Source of the DNA: Leptonemataceae bacterium
GTDB taxonomy: Bacteria > Spirochaetota > Leptospiria > Leptospirales > Leptonemataceae
Direction: 5' to 3'
Assembly: GCA_965227295.1 (NCBI GenBank)
Contig: OZ245742.1
Coordinates: forward strand, 736,001-800,000
DNA length: 64,000 bases
Below are positions 37,702-47,922 of this stretch, one piece after another. A model generated the notes under the pieces. The model was not told the DNA's origin and did not search any database. It saw only the letters and a list, made by a program, of their open reading frames with translations. The translations under genes were made by a program, and so were the position numbers. Numbering within the stretch: position 1 is the first letter of the stretch; every line of letters begins with the position of its first letter.

Positions 37702-39288
37702 ATGCCCGATTTTCTCGCCGCCCGCCGTCGCGAAATCCTCCTCGTCGTCGCTGTTGCCTTTGCGTTCTTCGCGGGCATCGGTGACCTTCCCCTCTTCGAT
37801 TGGGACGAGGGCGCCTTTTCCGAGGCCAGCCGGGAAATGCTCGTCAGCGATCCGCCGGATTGGACCACCGCGTACATGAACGGCGACCTGCGCTTCGCCA
37901 AACCCATTCTCATCTACTGGCTGCAGGCCCCGTCCATGGCTCTCTTCGGCGTGAACGAATTTGCCGCCCGCCTGCCCTCGGCCCTGGCCGCGGCTTTGTG
38001 GGCCCTGGCCCTCTACAGCTTCACCCGGCGCATCTTCGACGCCGGGATCGCGTTCTACGCCACGTTCTTTTTCGCCACCGCGCTGCAAATCGGCGTCATC
38101 GCCCGCGCCGCCATCTCCGACGCGGTGCTGAACCTGTTCATCGCCTGCGCCATGTTCAGCGTCTTTCTGTACTGGGAGTCCCGGCAGCGCCGCTGGATCT
38201 ACGCGGCCTTCGCCGCCATCGGCTTCGGCACGCTGACCAAGGGCCCCATCGCCATCATGATCCCGGGCTTCGCCTCGTTCGTGCTCTTCTTAACCTTCGG
38301 CGAGTTTAAGTTATGGTTGCGCACGTTGCTCAATCCCATCGGCATCGTCATCTTTTTGCTGATCACCGCGCCCTGGTACATCGTCCACTACCTGGAACAC
38401 CAGGATAAGTTCATCGACTCGTTCTTCTTAACACACAACATCGGCCGTTTTACCGGCGCCATGGAAGGCCACGGCGGCCCCGTCTTCTACTACATCCCGG
38501 TCATGTTACTCGGTTTTCTGCCGTTCACCAGCGTGCTGGTGCGTGCTTTCGAACGACTGCGCTCCGAGTGGCGAGACGATCATAACGTCTTCTTCCTGGC
38601 CTGGTTCGGTTTCGTCTTCGTCTTCTTTTCCCTCGCGGCCACCAAGCTGCCGCACTACGTCATCTACGGTTACACCCCGCTGTTCATCCTCATGGCGTTG
38701 TATCTGCCCAACGTAAAAAGCAACGCCTGGCTGTTCGGGCCGCCCCTCGCGCTCTGCCTGCTGTTCGCTCTTTTGCCGCAGTGGATCAGCCTGGCGCACA
38801 CCTACGTGCAGGACGACTTCGCCCGCATCATCCTCGCGGAGGCGCGGCCGTTTTTTACCGGTTGGTTCGTCTACGCCTTCTTCGGCTCCGCACTCATCTA
38901 CGCCGCCCTCATGTTCGTGCCGGCGGGCATGCTGGCCCGGGAGTGGCGCATCGTCATCGCGGGTTTTTTGCTCTCCGCACTCATGACCTTCGTCGCCTTC
39001 CCCACGTATGCGCAGGTCACGCAGGTGCCGGTGAAAGAGGCGGCGCAACTGGCAAAAAAAGAAGATTGGCCGGTCGTGCAGTGGCGCTTTCATTGGCCCA
39101 GCTTCGTGTTTTATCTTGAGAAGATCGTGCCGCAAAAAATACCGCAGCCCGGCGAAATCATCCTGGTAAAAGAAACGGAGCTGGAGTATTTCCGCGAGTA
39201 CGAGGTGCTCTATCGCAAGCGCGGCGTGGTGTTGATTCGCCTGCTGCGCATGGAGCAGTTGGACTACGCGCGCATGTTGTTGAACTAG
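37702..39288 (+). CDS. ArnT/PMT-family (GT39/GT83-like) membrane glycosyltransferase
   Basis: DWDEG..SEASREM, KPILIYWL, EFAARLPSA, LTKGP, TKLPHY; many TM helices. Confidence 0.88.
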   Translation: MPDFLAARRREILLVVAVAFAFFAGIGDLPLFDWDEGAFSEASREMLVSDPPDWTTAYMNGDLRFAKPILIYWLQAPSMALFGVNEFAARLPSALAAALWALALYSFTRRIFDAGIAFYATFFFATALQIGVIARAAISDAVLNLFIACAMFSVFLYWESRQRRWIYAAFAAIGFGTLTKGPIAIMIPGFASFVLFLTFGEFKLWLRTLLNPIGIVIFLLITAPWYIVHYLEHQDKFIDSFFLTHNIGRFTGAMEGHGGPVFYYIPVMLLGFLPFTSVLVRAFERLRSEWRDDHNVFFLAWFGFVFVFFSLAATKLPHYVIYGYTPLFILMALYLPNVKSNAWLFGPPLALCLLFALLPQWISLAHTYVQDDFARIILAEARPFFTGWFVYAFFGSALIYAALMFVPAGMLAREWRIVIAGFLLSALMTFVAFPTYAQVTQVPVKEAAQLAKKEDWPVVQWRFHWPSFVFYLEKIVPQKIPQPGEIILVKETELEYFREYEVLYRKRGVVLIRLLRMEQLDYARMLLN

Positions 39289-39289
39289 T

Positions 39290-40270
39290 ATGGCCAGAAA
39301 GCAGACAACCCAACGCGGCGGCGGCAAATCAAAGGCGCCGCAGTTCTCGTTCGTCATCCCCGTATACAACGAAGAAGAGAGCCTGCCCGAACTCTACGAA
39401 CGCATCGTCGAGAAAATGAAGGCCATGCGCTCCACGTACGAGTTCGTCTTCGTCGACGACGGCTCCACCGACGGTTCGTACGACGTCCTCACATCGTTGC
39501 ACAAACGCGACAGCAAGAACGTGCGCGTGATTCGTTTTCGCCGCAACTTCGGCAAGAGCCCCGCGCTGCGTGCCGCCTTCGAACTGGCGCGCGGCGAGTA
39601 CGTCTTTACCATGGACGCCGATCTGCAAGACGACCCCATGGAAATCCCGGCGTTCTTTCTCAAGATCAACGAGGGCGTCGGCTACGATCTGGTGAGCGGC
39701 TGGAAACGCAAACGGAACGATCCCTGGCACAAAACGTTTCCGTCGCGCATCTTCAACGGCACCATCTCCCGGCTCTTCAGCCTGGACCTGCACGATTTCA
39801 ATTGCGGCTTCAAGTTGTATCGTCGCGACGTCGTCAAGGACCTGGATATCTACGGCGAAATGCATCGTTTTCTTCCGGTCCTCGCCCACGCCCGCGGCTT
39901 TCGCGTCACCGAAATTCCGGTGCATCACAATCCGCGGCGCTTCGGCGTTTCGAAATTCGGCTGGCGTCGCTTCTATCGCGGCTTCTTCGACGCCCTCACG
40001 GTTCTCCTGCTTACAAAGTATCTCAAACGCCCGCTGCATTTCTTCGGCGGCGTCGGCATCCTCATGGGCCTGGCCGGCGGCGCCATCATGGCGTATCTCC
40101 TGGTCGAGAAAATCATCGGCCACGACATCGGCGGCCGGCCGTTGTTCATGACGGGCATCCTGCTGTGTCTCGGCGCATTGCAAACGCTGACGATCGGACT
40201 CATCGGCGAACTGTTGATCAATCGCAGCAGCAAACCCGACGACTCCTACAGCATCGAGTCGATACTTTGA
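39290..40270 (+). CDS. GT2 polyprenol-phosphate glycosyltransferase (ArnC/GtrB-like)
   Basis: VIPVYNEEE, VDDGSTD, RNFGKS, MDADLQDDP, DFNCGFKLYR, two C-terminal TM helices. Confidence 0.92.
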   Translation: MARKQTTQRGGGKSKAPQFSFVIPVYNEEESLPELYERIVEKMKAMRSTYEFVFVDDGSTDGSYDVLTSLHKRDSKNVRVIRFRRNFGKSPALRAAFELARGEYVFTMDADLQDDPMEIPAFFLKINEGVGYDLVSGWKRKRNDPWHKTFPSRIFNGTISRLFSLDLHDFNCGFKLYRRDVVKDLDIYGEMHRFLPVLAHARGFRVTEIPVHHNPRRFGVSKFGWRRFYRGFFDALTVLLLTKYLKRPLHFFGGVGILMGLAGGAIMAYLLVEKIIGHDIGGRPLFMTGILLCLGALQTLTIGLIGELLINRSSKPDDSYSIESIL

Positions 40271-40343
40271 AATCGTGGCGTTGAGTTACGCGGCGTTTGC
40301 CGTGAAAAACATAAAGTACGTCGCGGAATAGTTAAGGGGTTTG

Positions 40344-40524
40344 TATGGTTACGGCACCTGGAGAGTTGCGGTGAGTCGTTTTGCAAAGAATGTTGGCTTC
40401 GGCCCGGAACGCTGGTTGTGCAACTCAGCGACTGTAAGATGACAGTGACTCCCAAACGTTCCGGGCCGAAGAAACCGTTCGCCACCCCATAACATTCCGC
40501 AACTCTCCAGGTGCCGTACCCATA
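40344..40524. mobile_element. MITE-like element / long nested hairpin
   Basis: 28-bp terminal inverted repeats (40344-40371 vs 40497-40524, 1 mismatch, TA at both ends) plus an inner perfect 15-bp inverted repeat (40397-40411 vs 40457-40471). Confidence 0.55.
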
Positions 40525-40597
40525 AAAGTCCTGATTTACATTGGCCGCAACTTATCCCACGATTCGGGGCGGCCGTGAAAGAAACGAAAGATCAGCC

Positions 40598-41524
40598 GTG
40601 AACAAGAACACCGCTATATACATAAAAAACGCGCTCGCGATTCTCTTTTTCGCGGCGGTCGCGTATTTTCTGTACCGCTACATCCAGAACCTGCGCTTCG
40701 ATCGTCTGGCGGAGGCGGAGCTGCATTGGGGCTACCTCGCCCTCGGCCTCGCTCTCGGCGTCGGCCATAAGTTCTTGTTTCCGCAAGTCTGGAAGGCGAT
40801 CCTCACGGGCAGCATGAACGCGCGACTCACCGGCTGGCGGCCGTTGTACTTCGTATACGCCGCGTCCTGGATCGGCCGCTACGTACCCGGCAAGGTCGCC
40901 ATGGTCGGGGCGCGGGTGCTGTACGCGGAGCGCGTGGGTGTGAGCCGATCCCAGGCGGCGGTATCGTTCCTGGTCGAGATGGGCGTGCAGATGCTCGTAT
41001 GGGGCACCGGCGCACTGATCTTTTTCGCGCTAACCGGCGGCGGGGAAATCTTAGAGCGTGAGCTGGGAATCTTCGCGTGGGCGCCGCTGCTGTTCCTGGT
41101 GGCGCTGTATCCGCCGCTGCTCAACTTCGGCCTGCGCCTGTTGTTTCAGCTCATGCGCAAAGAAGCCGTGGACGTCTTCATCGATTTTCCCACGATTCTC
41201 AGCGCCGCCTCGGTGCATCTAACGATCTTTCTGCTCTACGGCCTCTACAACTACAGTCTCGCCCTGGCCATTTTGCCGGCGGACGTTAATATCTCTTTGC
41301 TGTACGTTACGGCCGTCTTCGGCGGTTCGTTGCTCGTGGGCATGCTGGTGATCTTCATGCCCGCCGGTCTGGGCGCCCGGGAGTCCGTGCAACTGGCCCT
41401 GCTCGGCGCAATTATCGATCCCGCCTTCGCCCTCGTGATCGTGGTGCTACACCGGGTCATGGACGTCGGCTCGGACTTGATCTACTTTGCCGTGTGTTTC
41501 ACGGCGGGGCGGAAGAGCGGGTAA
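40598..41524 (+). CDS. Flippase-like / lysylphosphatidylglycerol synthase TM-domain protein
   Basis: GRYVPGKV and PAGLGARE motifs; multiple TM helices. Confidence 0.8.
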   Translation: MNKNTAIYIKNALAILFFAAVAYFLYRYIQNLRFDRLAEAELHWGYLALGLALGVGHKFLFPQVWKAILTGSMNARLTGWRPLYFVYAASWIGRYVPGKVAMVGARVLYAERVGVSRSQAAVSFLVEMGVQMLVWGTGALIFFALTGGGEILERELGIFAWAPLLFLVALYPPLLNFGLRLLFQLMRKEAVDVFIDFPTILSAASVHLTIFLLYGLYNYSLALAILPADVNISLLYVTAVFGGSLLVGMLVIFMPAGLGARESVQLALLGAIIDPAFALVIVVLHRVMDVGSDLIYFAVCFTAGRKSG

Positions 41525-41584
41525 GACGGGGCGTGGTTCGTGAGAGCTGAAAAGCCCGTGCAGGTTCGGAGACAGGATTTAGTC

Positions 41585-41687
41585 GGGCGCGTCGGCGCTT
41601 CGCGCCGACCGGGCTCCTCCGGGCTCCGCTATCGCTTCGGTCGCGCTACGCGCGACGGCCTTCGGCCCCCTCCGCATCCCTCGCGCG
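41585..41687 (-). repeat. Dispersed structured repeat (Flavo-1-like), reverse copy
   Basis: Shares GGGCGCGTCGGCGCTTCGCGCCGACCGGGCT and CATCCCTCGCGCG with 2711-2825. Confidence 0.7.
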
Positions 41688-41705
41688 AAGAGCTGCGATA
41701 CACGA

Positions 41706-41820
41706 GCGTGAGGGACACGCAGGGTGGCGCGCAGCGCCAGTCTCGCGCATGCGCGAGACCGCAGCGCAGCGGAGCCCGGAGTGGCCCGACCCCGCGCACA
41801 GCGCGGGGGCACGCCCAAAA
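41706..41820 (+). repeat. Dispersed structured repeat (Flavo-1-like), forward copy
   Basis: GCGTGAGGGAC...GAGCCCGGAGTGGCCCGAC-hairpin-CACGCCCAAAA. Confidence 0.65.
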
Positions 41821-41937
41821 GAATCGACGCGTTTGTAACTTTTGTTCACCGAAACTTACACACCGATTCGGGGCGTCGGCGATCACACAAGATTTTGCTG
41901 GCCCGCCCGCGCAAAGCGCGGCACACTGCCTGAAAAC

Positions 41938-43116
41938 ATGAACGGCACGTACGACGTCATCATCATCGGCACGGGGCCGGCCGGAACCTCGACGGCCCTG
42001 CACCTGTACCAGCGCGATCCAGCCTGGGCCGGGCGGGTGCTGCTGATCGACAAAGCCGTGCATCCGCGCGAAAAACTCTGCGGCGGCGGCGTGACGCACT
42101 ACGGAGAGGATCTCTTAACTGATCTTGGTCTAAAGTTTGAGCCGAGGCACTTCGATGTTCGTGAGGTGCGTCTGGACTACGAGGGCGAATCCTACAGCTT
42201 TCGCGGCTCGCCCGTCTTTCGCATCACTCATCGCGCGGAGTTCGATCACTGGCTGCTCGGCGAGGTTCGCAAACACGGCTTCACGATTCGCGAAGGCGAG
42301 GGCGTGACGGCCATCCACATCGCCGACGATGATAACGCCGCGGTCGATGCTGCCGCGCCGGTTACGGTCACCACGGAACGCGGCAAGTATCGCGGCAAAG
42401 TCTTGATCGCCGCCGACGGATCGAAGAGCACCGTGCGCCGATTGCTCGCCTGGCCGGAGCGGGAGGCGCCGCATCTGTCGCGCCTGGTCGAAACGTTGAC
42501 CGACGAAGACGAACGGCAGGCCGAGTTCGCCGACGGCCGGGCGATCCTGGACTTCAGCCGCATGACCGATCGCCTGCAAGGATACTACTGGGACTTTCCG
42601 AGTTATGTCGACGGTCGCCCGCGCATGAATCGCGGCCTCTTCGACAGCCGCATCCAGGCGCAGCGCCCCCGCGCCGACCTCAAAGGCAACCTGAACGATT
42701 TCTTAAGTCAACGCGAACGTAAGTTAGACGAAGGCGGCCTAAAAGGTCATCCCATCCGATGCTTCGATCCGCGGTCAACGTTCGCCCGGCCGCACGTCAT
42801 CCTCGCCGGCGACGCCGCGGGCGCGGACCCGTTGTTCGGCGAGGGCATCTCGTTCGCGCTCGCCTACGGCAAAATCGCCGCCGAAGCCGTGGCCGCCGCC
42901 TTCGATCGCAACGACTTCACGTTCGGCGATTACCGGCGCCGCATCTTACGGCAACCGCTCATGCGGCAATTGAAGCTGCGCGTGCGATTGGCGCGCATGG
43001 CGTACGTGTTGCACCGGCCGTGGTTCGTGCGAATGATGTGGCGGATTGCGGGAGCCGTGGTGCGGTGGACGCCGTGGTCGAAAGAGAGCTTTCGGCCGGC
43101 GAAGCGGGTGGGGTGA
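41938..43116 (+). CDS. FAD-dependent oxidoreductase (geranylgeranyl reductase family)
   Basis: YDVIIIGTGPAG, PREKLCGGG, RAEFDHWL, AADG, GDAAG..PLFGEGI. Confidence 0.88.
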   Translation: MNGTYDVIIIGTGPAGTSTALHLYQRDPAWAGRVLLIDKAVHPREKLCGGGVTHYGEDLLTDLGLKFEPRHFDVREVRLDYEGESYSFRGSPVFRITHRAEFDHWLLGEVRKHGFTIREGEGVTAIHIADDDNAAVDAAAPVTVTTERGKYRGKVLIAADGSKSTVRRLLAWPEREAPHLSRLVETLTDEDERQAEFADGRAILDFSRMTDRLQGYYWDFPSYVDGRPRMNRGLFDSRIQAQRPRADLKGNLNDFLSQRERKLDEGGLKGHPIRCFDPRSTFARPHVILAGDAAGADPLFGEGISFALAYGKIAAEAVAAAFDRNDFTFGDYRRRILRQPLMRQLKLRVRLARMAYVLHRPWFVRMMWRIAGAVVRWTPWSKESFRPAKRVG

Positions 43117-43162
43117 TGCATCTGCTCACGCGGACTTGATCGGCGCCGGCTAATGATGTGGT

Positions 43163-43780
43163 TTATTTGAACTGAATCGTCAGGCGTTTGAAGTGAGTGT
43201 CCTTTAGTTCGAAGGGTGCTTCGAACATATCCATGTAAGCCTCATCATAGAAGTAGACCAGGAATATCGAGTCGTAAGGGAAGTCTTCGATTCGATACAC
43301 CTGGTAGCTGTTGAAGTAAATTTCAGAGATGTGCCATGCGACTCTCAGGCGCTGCTCTGTTTGGTCGAGCAGCTCTACACTGCGCATTTCCGGATAGGTC
43401 AGGCTATAGACGATTGCGCCTGGTGCCAGATCGGAAACGACCAGGGGAGCATTCATATCCCCGACTGCCAGTGCCCCTCCATGTGCGAAAGGCAGATCCT
43501 CTGTCGATACTCCCGGCCTTACCGAGTTATGGATCGATTGCTCCGTAGACGCGACAATGGAGGGAGAGTTGCCACAGTCTGCTTCGGTCGGGCAAAGGGG
43601 GATTTCGATAATTAGAGTAAAGGGTTCTCTGGCGAGGACCAGTCGGGAGCTATCTTCGTATTTCGTAATATGTATGGTTTGGTTGAAATGATCGGTTCCC
43701 TGGCAGCCAGGAAGGAAGGCGCCCACAATCGCAAATACGGCTGAGGTCTGCCAGGCTCTGAATTGAATGGGGAAAGACAT
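43163..43780 (-). CDS. Hypothetical lipoprotein
   Basis: MSFPIQ...AIVGAFLPGC lipobox-like signal; lower GC. Confidence 0.55.
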   Translation of the reverse strand: MSFPIQFRAWQTSAVFAIVGAFLPGCQGTDHFNQTIHITKYEDSSRLVLAREPFTLIIEIPLCPTEADCGNSPSIVASTEQSIHNSVRPGVSTEDLPFAHGGALAVGDMNAPLVVSDLAPGAIVYSLTYPEMRSVELLDQTEQRLRVAWHISEIYFNSYQVYRIEDFPYDSIFLVYFYDEAYMDMFEAPFELKDTHFKRLTIQFK

Positions 43781-43791
43781 AAGGTTGCCAC

Positions 43792-44296
43792 ATGGCGAAT
43801 CGATATGAGCAGGTACCGGACCGATTGTGGCAGCTGATCGAACCACTGATGCCCGCGGAAGAGCCGAAGCCGTACGGAGGCCGTCCCCGGAAGAGCTGGC
43901 GCGCGGTGATGAATGGGGTTCACTACAAGTTATGGACGGGGCGTCAATGGGAAGCGATTCCCTCGTCGATCATCAACGGCAAGACGTGTCATCGAAGATA
44001 TCAAGAACTGGTCGAAGCTGGTGTATTCGATCAGATTCTTGAGCTGATGCCACAAGAAGAAAGGTCTTCGATACCAATGGGCGACGCTGGATTCTTCGAT
44101 GGTGAAAGCGCCGAAAAAAGGGGGCTCACCGGTCCGAATCCGACTGACCGTGCTAAATCCGGCGTAAAACTGCACGTTTTGACGGATGAACGCGGCATCC
44201 CGTTGTCCGCCGGTATCACGGCCGCGAACGTTAACGATATTTTTCTCGTGGCTGCTGCCCTCGATCATGTTCGCATGCGCGCTCCCCGCGGGCCAG
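43792..44296 (+). pseudogene. Truncated IS5-family transposase
   Basis: DUF4096-type N-terminus (WQLIEPL...GGRPR...TGRQWEAIP...TCHRRY); AAAAAAGGGG frameshift motif at ~44115; GPNPTDRAKSGVKLHVLTD; LDSS motif out of frame; sequence breaks into a CRISPR half-repeat at 44297. Confidence 0.85.
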
Positions 44297-44427
44297 GGGG
44301 ATGGACCGTTTCGCTTCGTCTTTACAAAATTGTATCACCGGTATTCCCCACGCGTGTGGGGATGGACCGACGTAGGCTATATCCCCGAGGACGTCGTCGA
44401 GGTATTCCTCACGCACGTGGGAATCCT
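44297..44427 (+). CRISPR. Array A (remnant): half repeat, 1 full and 1 degenerate repeat, 2 spacers
   Basis: GGGGATGGACCG at 44297, repeat at 44341, degenerate repeat at 44402; 32-nt spacers. Confidence 0.85.
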
Positions 44428-44556
44428 CTAATATTCATTGGAGTGCGATTAGCAGCCACAGCCAGATAGAACGTCACCGATCTGGAGGACACCCGACTCA
44501 TTCTTCCTTTTCCTCGTTGACTTGACATGCGGTAAAATACTAAACAGGTTGTTAGA
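44428..44556 (+). promoter_or_regulatory. CRISPR leader (type 1)
   Basis: AT-richer; ends GTTGACTTGACATGCGGTAAAATACTAAACAGGTTGTTAGA; near-identical to 48562-48693. Confidence 0.85.
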
Positions 44557-45073
44557 GTATTCCCCACGCACGTGGGGATGGACCGTCGAGGCCGACTTGC
44601 GCGTCAGGTTCGGCGATGTATTCCCCACGCACGTGGGGATGGACCGAACGCAGCGCCCGCTTCCCGGGCATTACCAAGGTATTCCCCACGCACGTGGGGA
44701 TGGACCGGTGAGTACGGAAAAGAGTACAAAGACCAGGAGGTATTCCCCACGCACGTGGGGATGGACCCAATTCTGCTCGCCGGGACGCGGTTGTGTCCTG
44801 GTATTCCCCACGCACGTGGGGATGGACCGCCGCGTATAGGTGCTTCAACTGATCCCCGATCGTATTCCCCACGCACGTGGGGATGGACCGCCTTCAGGCC
44901 CATTCCGCCGTTGATTGCATCCGTATTCCCCACGCACGTGGGGATGGACCGGTGAACCTGAACCCGGTAGAGGCTGTCCGCCGGTATTCCCCACGCACGT
45001 GGGGATGGACCGTTTCCAACGAGCGTTTGAACGAAGTCGATATCGTATTCCCCACGCACGTGGGGATCTATCG
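44557..45073 (+). CRISPR. Array B, type I-E: 9 repeats / 8 spacers, repeat GTATTCCCCACGCACGTGGGGATGGACCG
   Basis: 29-nt repeats at 61-nt period; last repeat degenerate. Confidence 0.97.
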
Positions 45074-45204
45074 CTAATATTTATTGGAGTTTGATTAGCA
45101 ACCTCATTCAGATAGGAACGCGTCACCTATCCGGCGGACATCCGAATCATCGTTCCTTTCCTTGTTGACTCGCAATGCGGGAAAATACTAAACAGGTTGT
45201 TAGG
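45074..45204 (+). promoter_or_regulatory. CRISPR leader (type 2)
   Basis: Closely similar to 47791-47922; same 3' motif as the other leaders. Confidence 0.85.
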
Positions 45205-46332
45205 GTATTCCCCACACGCGTGGGGATGGACCGCCGTAGTGCCGAGAAGAATTGCGGACGAAAGAGTATTCCCCACACGCGTGGGGATGAACCGGGGAGC
45301 TGACGCTCCGCAACCCGTCCGAAGAGAGTATTCCCCACACGCGTGGGGATGGACCGACTGGTGGTAGGACTAATTTATTAATAACTCAGTATTCCCCACA
45401 CGCGTGGGGATGGACCGACAGTGGCGGGGCCACGACTTCGGCCCCGAACGTATTCCCCACACGCGTGGGGATGGACCGGGGTCAGATTACAGGTCAATTC
45501 AGGGGTCGCCGTATTCCCCACACGCGTGGGGATGGACCGATCACACCCTCTATTTGCGGCTGGCTCGTGAGGTATTCCCCACACGCGTGGGGATGGACCG
45601 TGGGTCAGCATGGCTGAGATCTTTTTGAGCCTGTATTCCCCACACGCGTGGGGATGGACCGGACGTGGGTGAGATGGTGGAACCACTCAACGCGTATTCC
45701 CCACACGCGTGGGGATGGACCGGTTCACAGCCTCGCCTCGCAAACATCTTTCGCGTATTCCCCACACGCGTGGGGATGGACCTGCTCTACAAGACTCCGC
45801 GTGTGCTCATCCAGCGTATTCCCCACACGCGTGGGGATGGACCGAAACACGCCGCCGAGAAGCAACGCCGCGCCTAGTATTCCCCACACGCGTGGGGATG
45901 GACCGCAGGGTGAAGCGGACTTCACTGAAGAACCACGGTATTCCCCACACGCGTGGGGATGGACCGCGAAGGCGCTCGCTCATTCTTGTTCTTGCGGCGT
46001 ATTCCCCACACGCGTGGGGATGGACCGGGCGGAAGCGTGATCGTCGGCAGGTTGCGCGGGTATTCCCCACACGCGTGGGGATGGACCGATCGTGTAGAGC
46101 AGCCCGTTTTGTGACGGTGTGTATTCCCCACACGCGTGGGGATGGACCGACAAGGTCTGCGACGGCGATCGTCTTCGGACCGTATTCCCCACGCGCGTGG
46201 GGATGGACCGAAAGAAGTGAAGGTTAGAACATCCGGGGATAGGCATTCCCCACGCATGTGGGGATCGACCGGCTCGATCCATAGCGCGCAGACATGCCAT
46301 GTCGCATTCCCCACACGCGTAGGGATCTCCCC
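45205..46332 (+). CRISPR. Array C: 19 repeats / 18 spacers, repeat GTATTCCCCACACGCGTGGGGATGGACCG
   Basis: 61-nt period (one 33-nt spacer); last three repeats diverge. Confidence 0.97.
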
Positions 46333-46488
46333 TTCTCCCACTAAAGTACTACAAAACCAACCTAAGACCCCGCAATGACCGACCATCCAATCCAATAACC
46401 CCTCATAAATGCCCCGGAAAACCAGGGTCTCCACTCAAACCCACTCAAGGCCGCCAACTCCCGCACCGAAGACAAAACGAGGCCACAC

Positions 46489-47367
46489 ATGAACCGGGAC
46501 TTACAGGAAATACCGCGCTTCGATCATAACTGGTCGTTTCTATATTTCGAAAAAGGTCGCATCCAACAAGAACTGCAAACCGTTGCATACTGCTATCTCG
46601 AAAAGAAGATCCCCGTTCCCATCGAAACGTTGTCGCTGCTCATGCTCGGCCCCGGCACCAGCATCACGCACGAGGCCGTCAAACGCATCGCCGATTCCCG
46701 CTGCCTGCTCGCCTGGGTCGGCGAAGAAGGCATTCGATTCTATGCCGGCGGTTCTCCCGGAACGTACTCCTCGCGCCATCTGTTGCAACAGGTCTACAGC
46801 TACGCGAACGACATCGAGCGCATGAAGATCGTCCGGCGCATGTATCAGATGCGCTTCGATGAAGTCGTCGACACGAACGTTACCCTCGAACAACTCCGCG
46901 GCATGGAAGGCGCACGCGTACGCAAAGCCTACGCGGCCGCCGCCGAAGAATTCGGCGTCGAGTGGACCGGACGCAGTTACGACCAGAACGATTGGCGCGC
47001 CGGTGATCCGGTCAACCGCGCGCTCTCGGCGGCGAACTCCTGCCTCTACGGCCTCTGCCACGCGGCGATCCTGTCGCTCGGCTGTTCCCCCGGCATCGGC
47101 TACATTCATACCGGCAAACAACTATCGTTCGTCTACGACATCGCCGATCTCTACAAAACCGAGATCACCATCCCCATCGCGTTCCAGGAAGGCCAGGCAC
47201 CGGCAGCCGTAGAATCGCGCACCCGCCACGCCTGCCGGGATCGCTTTCGCGAAACACGTCTCATCAAACGCATCATCCCCGACATCATGGAGGTTCTGTA
47301 TGGTAATCGTCGTGCTGGAGAACGCGACACCGGGACAGAGGGGCGTGATGTCGCGGTTAACTATTGA
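46489..47367 (+). CDS. cas1: Type I-E Cas1
   Basis: LMLGPGTSITHEA, WVGEEG, EQLRGMEGARV, NRALSAANSCLYG, IHTGKQLSFVYDIADLYK. Confidence 0.97.
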   Translation: MNRDLQEIPRFDHNWSFLYFEKGRIQQELQTVAYCYLEKKIPVPIETLSLLMLGPGTSITHEAVKRIADSRCLLAWVGEEGIRFYAGGSPGTYSSRHLLQQVYSYANDIERMKIVRRMYQMRFDEVVDTNVTLEQLRGMEGARVRKAYAAAAEEFGVEWTGRSYDQNDWRAGDPVNRALSAANSCLYGLCHAAILSLGCSPGIGYIHTGKQLSFVYDIADLYKTEITIPIAFQEGQAPAAVESRTRHACRDRFRETRLIKRIIPDIMEVLYGNRRAGERDTGTEGRDVAVNY

Positions 47368-47641
47368 ACTCAAGGCCGGTGTCTTTGCCGGCAATCTCAA
47401 TCGCCGCATCCGCGACAAACTCTGGGACCGCATCGTCCACAAATGGAACGCGAACGCCTTGCTGATCTACACCACGAACACCGAACAGGGCTACGCGGCC
47501 CGTTCACACGGCGACACCAGCCGCGAACTTGTCGAGATCGAAGGCATGGTTCTTACGCAGTTCACCCGGCGTAAACATCGTAAGTCGAATGATGATGATG
47601 CGGTTGATGCGGATCATGTCGGCGGGGCTGGGGGCATGTAA
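47300..47641 (+). CDS. cas2: Type I-E Cas2
   Basis: MVIVVLENA...RG.MSR..IE..AGVFAG...RIRDKLW...TEQGY...VEIEGMVL. Confidence 0.93.
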   Translation: MVIVVLENATPGQRGVMSRLTIELKAGVFAGNLNRRIRDKLWDRIVHKWNANALLIYTTNTEQGYAARSHGDTSRELVEIEGMVLTQFTRRKHRKSNDDDAVDADHVGGAGGM

Positions 47642-47700
47642 GGCGCGGTTCCTTTTGTTCGTTGACTTGTGATGTGCGAAACTACTTAACAGGTTGTGTC

Positions 47701-47790
47701 GTAGTCCCCACGCATGTGGGGATGGACCGCGCCTGCGGCCCCCACTGCCCGCCCGGACTGTGTATTCCCCACGCGTGTGGGGATCCATCG
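47701..47790 (+). CRISPR. Array D (mini): 2 imperfect repeats / 1 spacer, after a short degenerate leader (~47648-47700)
   Basis: GTAGTCCCCACGCATGTGGGGATGGACCG and GTATTCCCCACGCGTGTGGGGATCCATCG, 61 nt apart. Confidence 0.85.
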
Positions 47791-47922
47791 CTAATATTTA
47801 TTGGAGTTCGGTTAGCAACCACATTCAGATAGGAACGCGTCACCTATCCGGCGGACATTCGAAGCATTGTTCCTTTTCCTCGTTGACTTGACATGCCGGA
47901 AACTACTAAACAGGTTGTTAGA
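47791..47922 (+). promoter_or_regulatory. CRISPR leader (type 2 copy)
   Basis: Similar to 45074-45204. Confidence 0.85.

Noticed and set aside
43792-44469. 225-aa ORF as an intact transposase
   Set aside because: The catalytic LDSS region is out of frame and the C-terminus is translated CRISPR sequence
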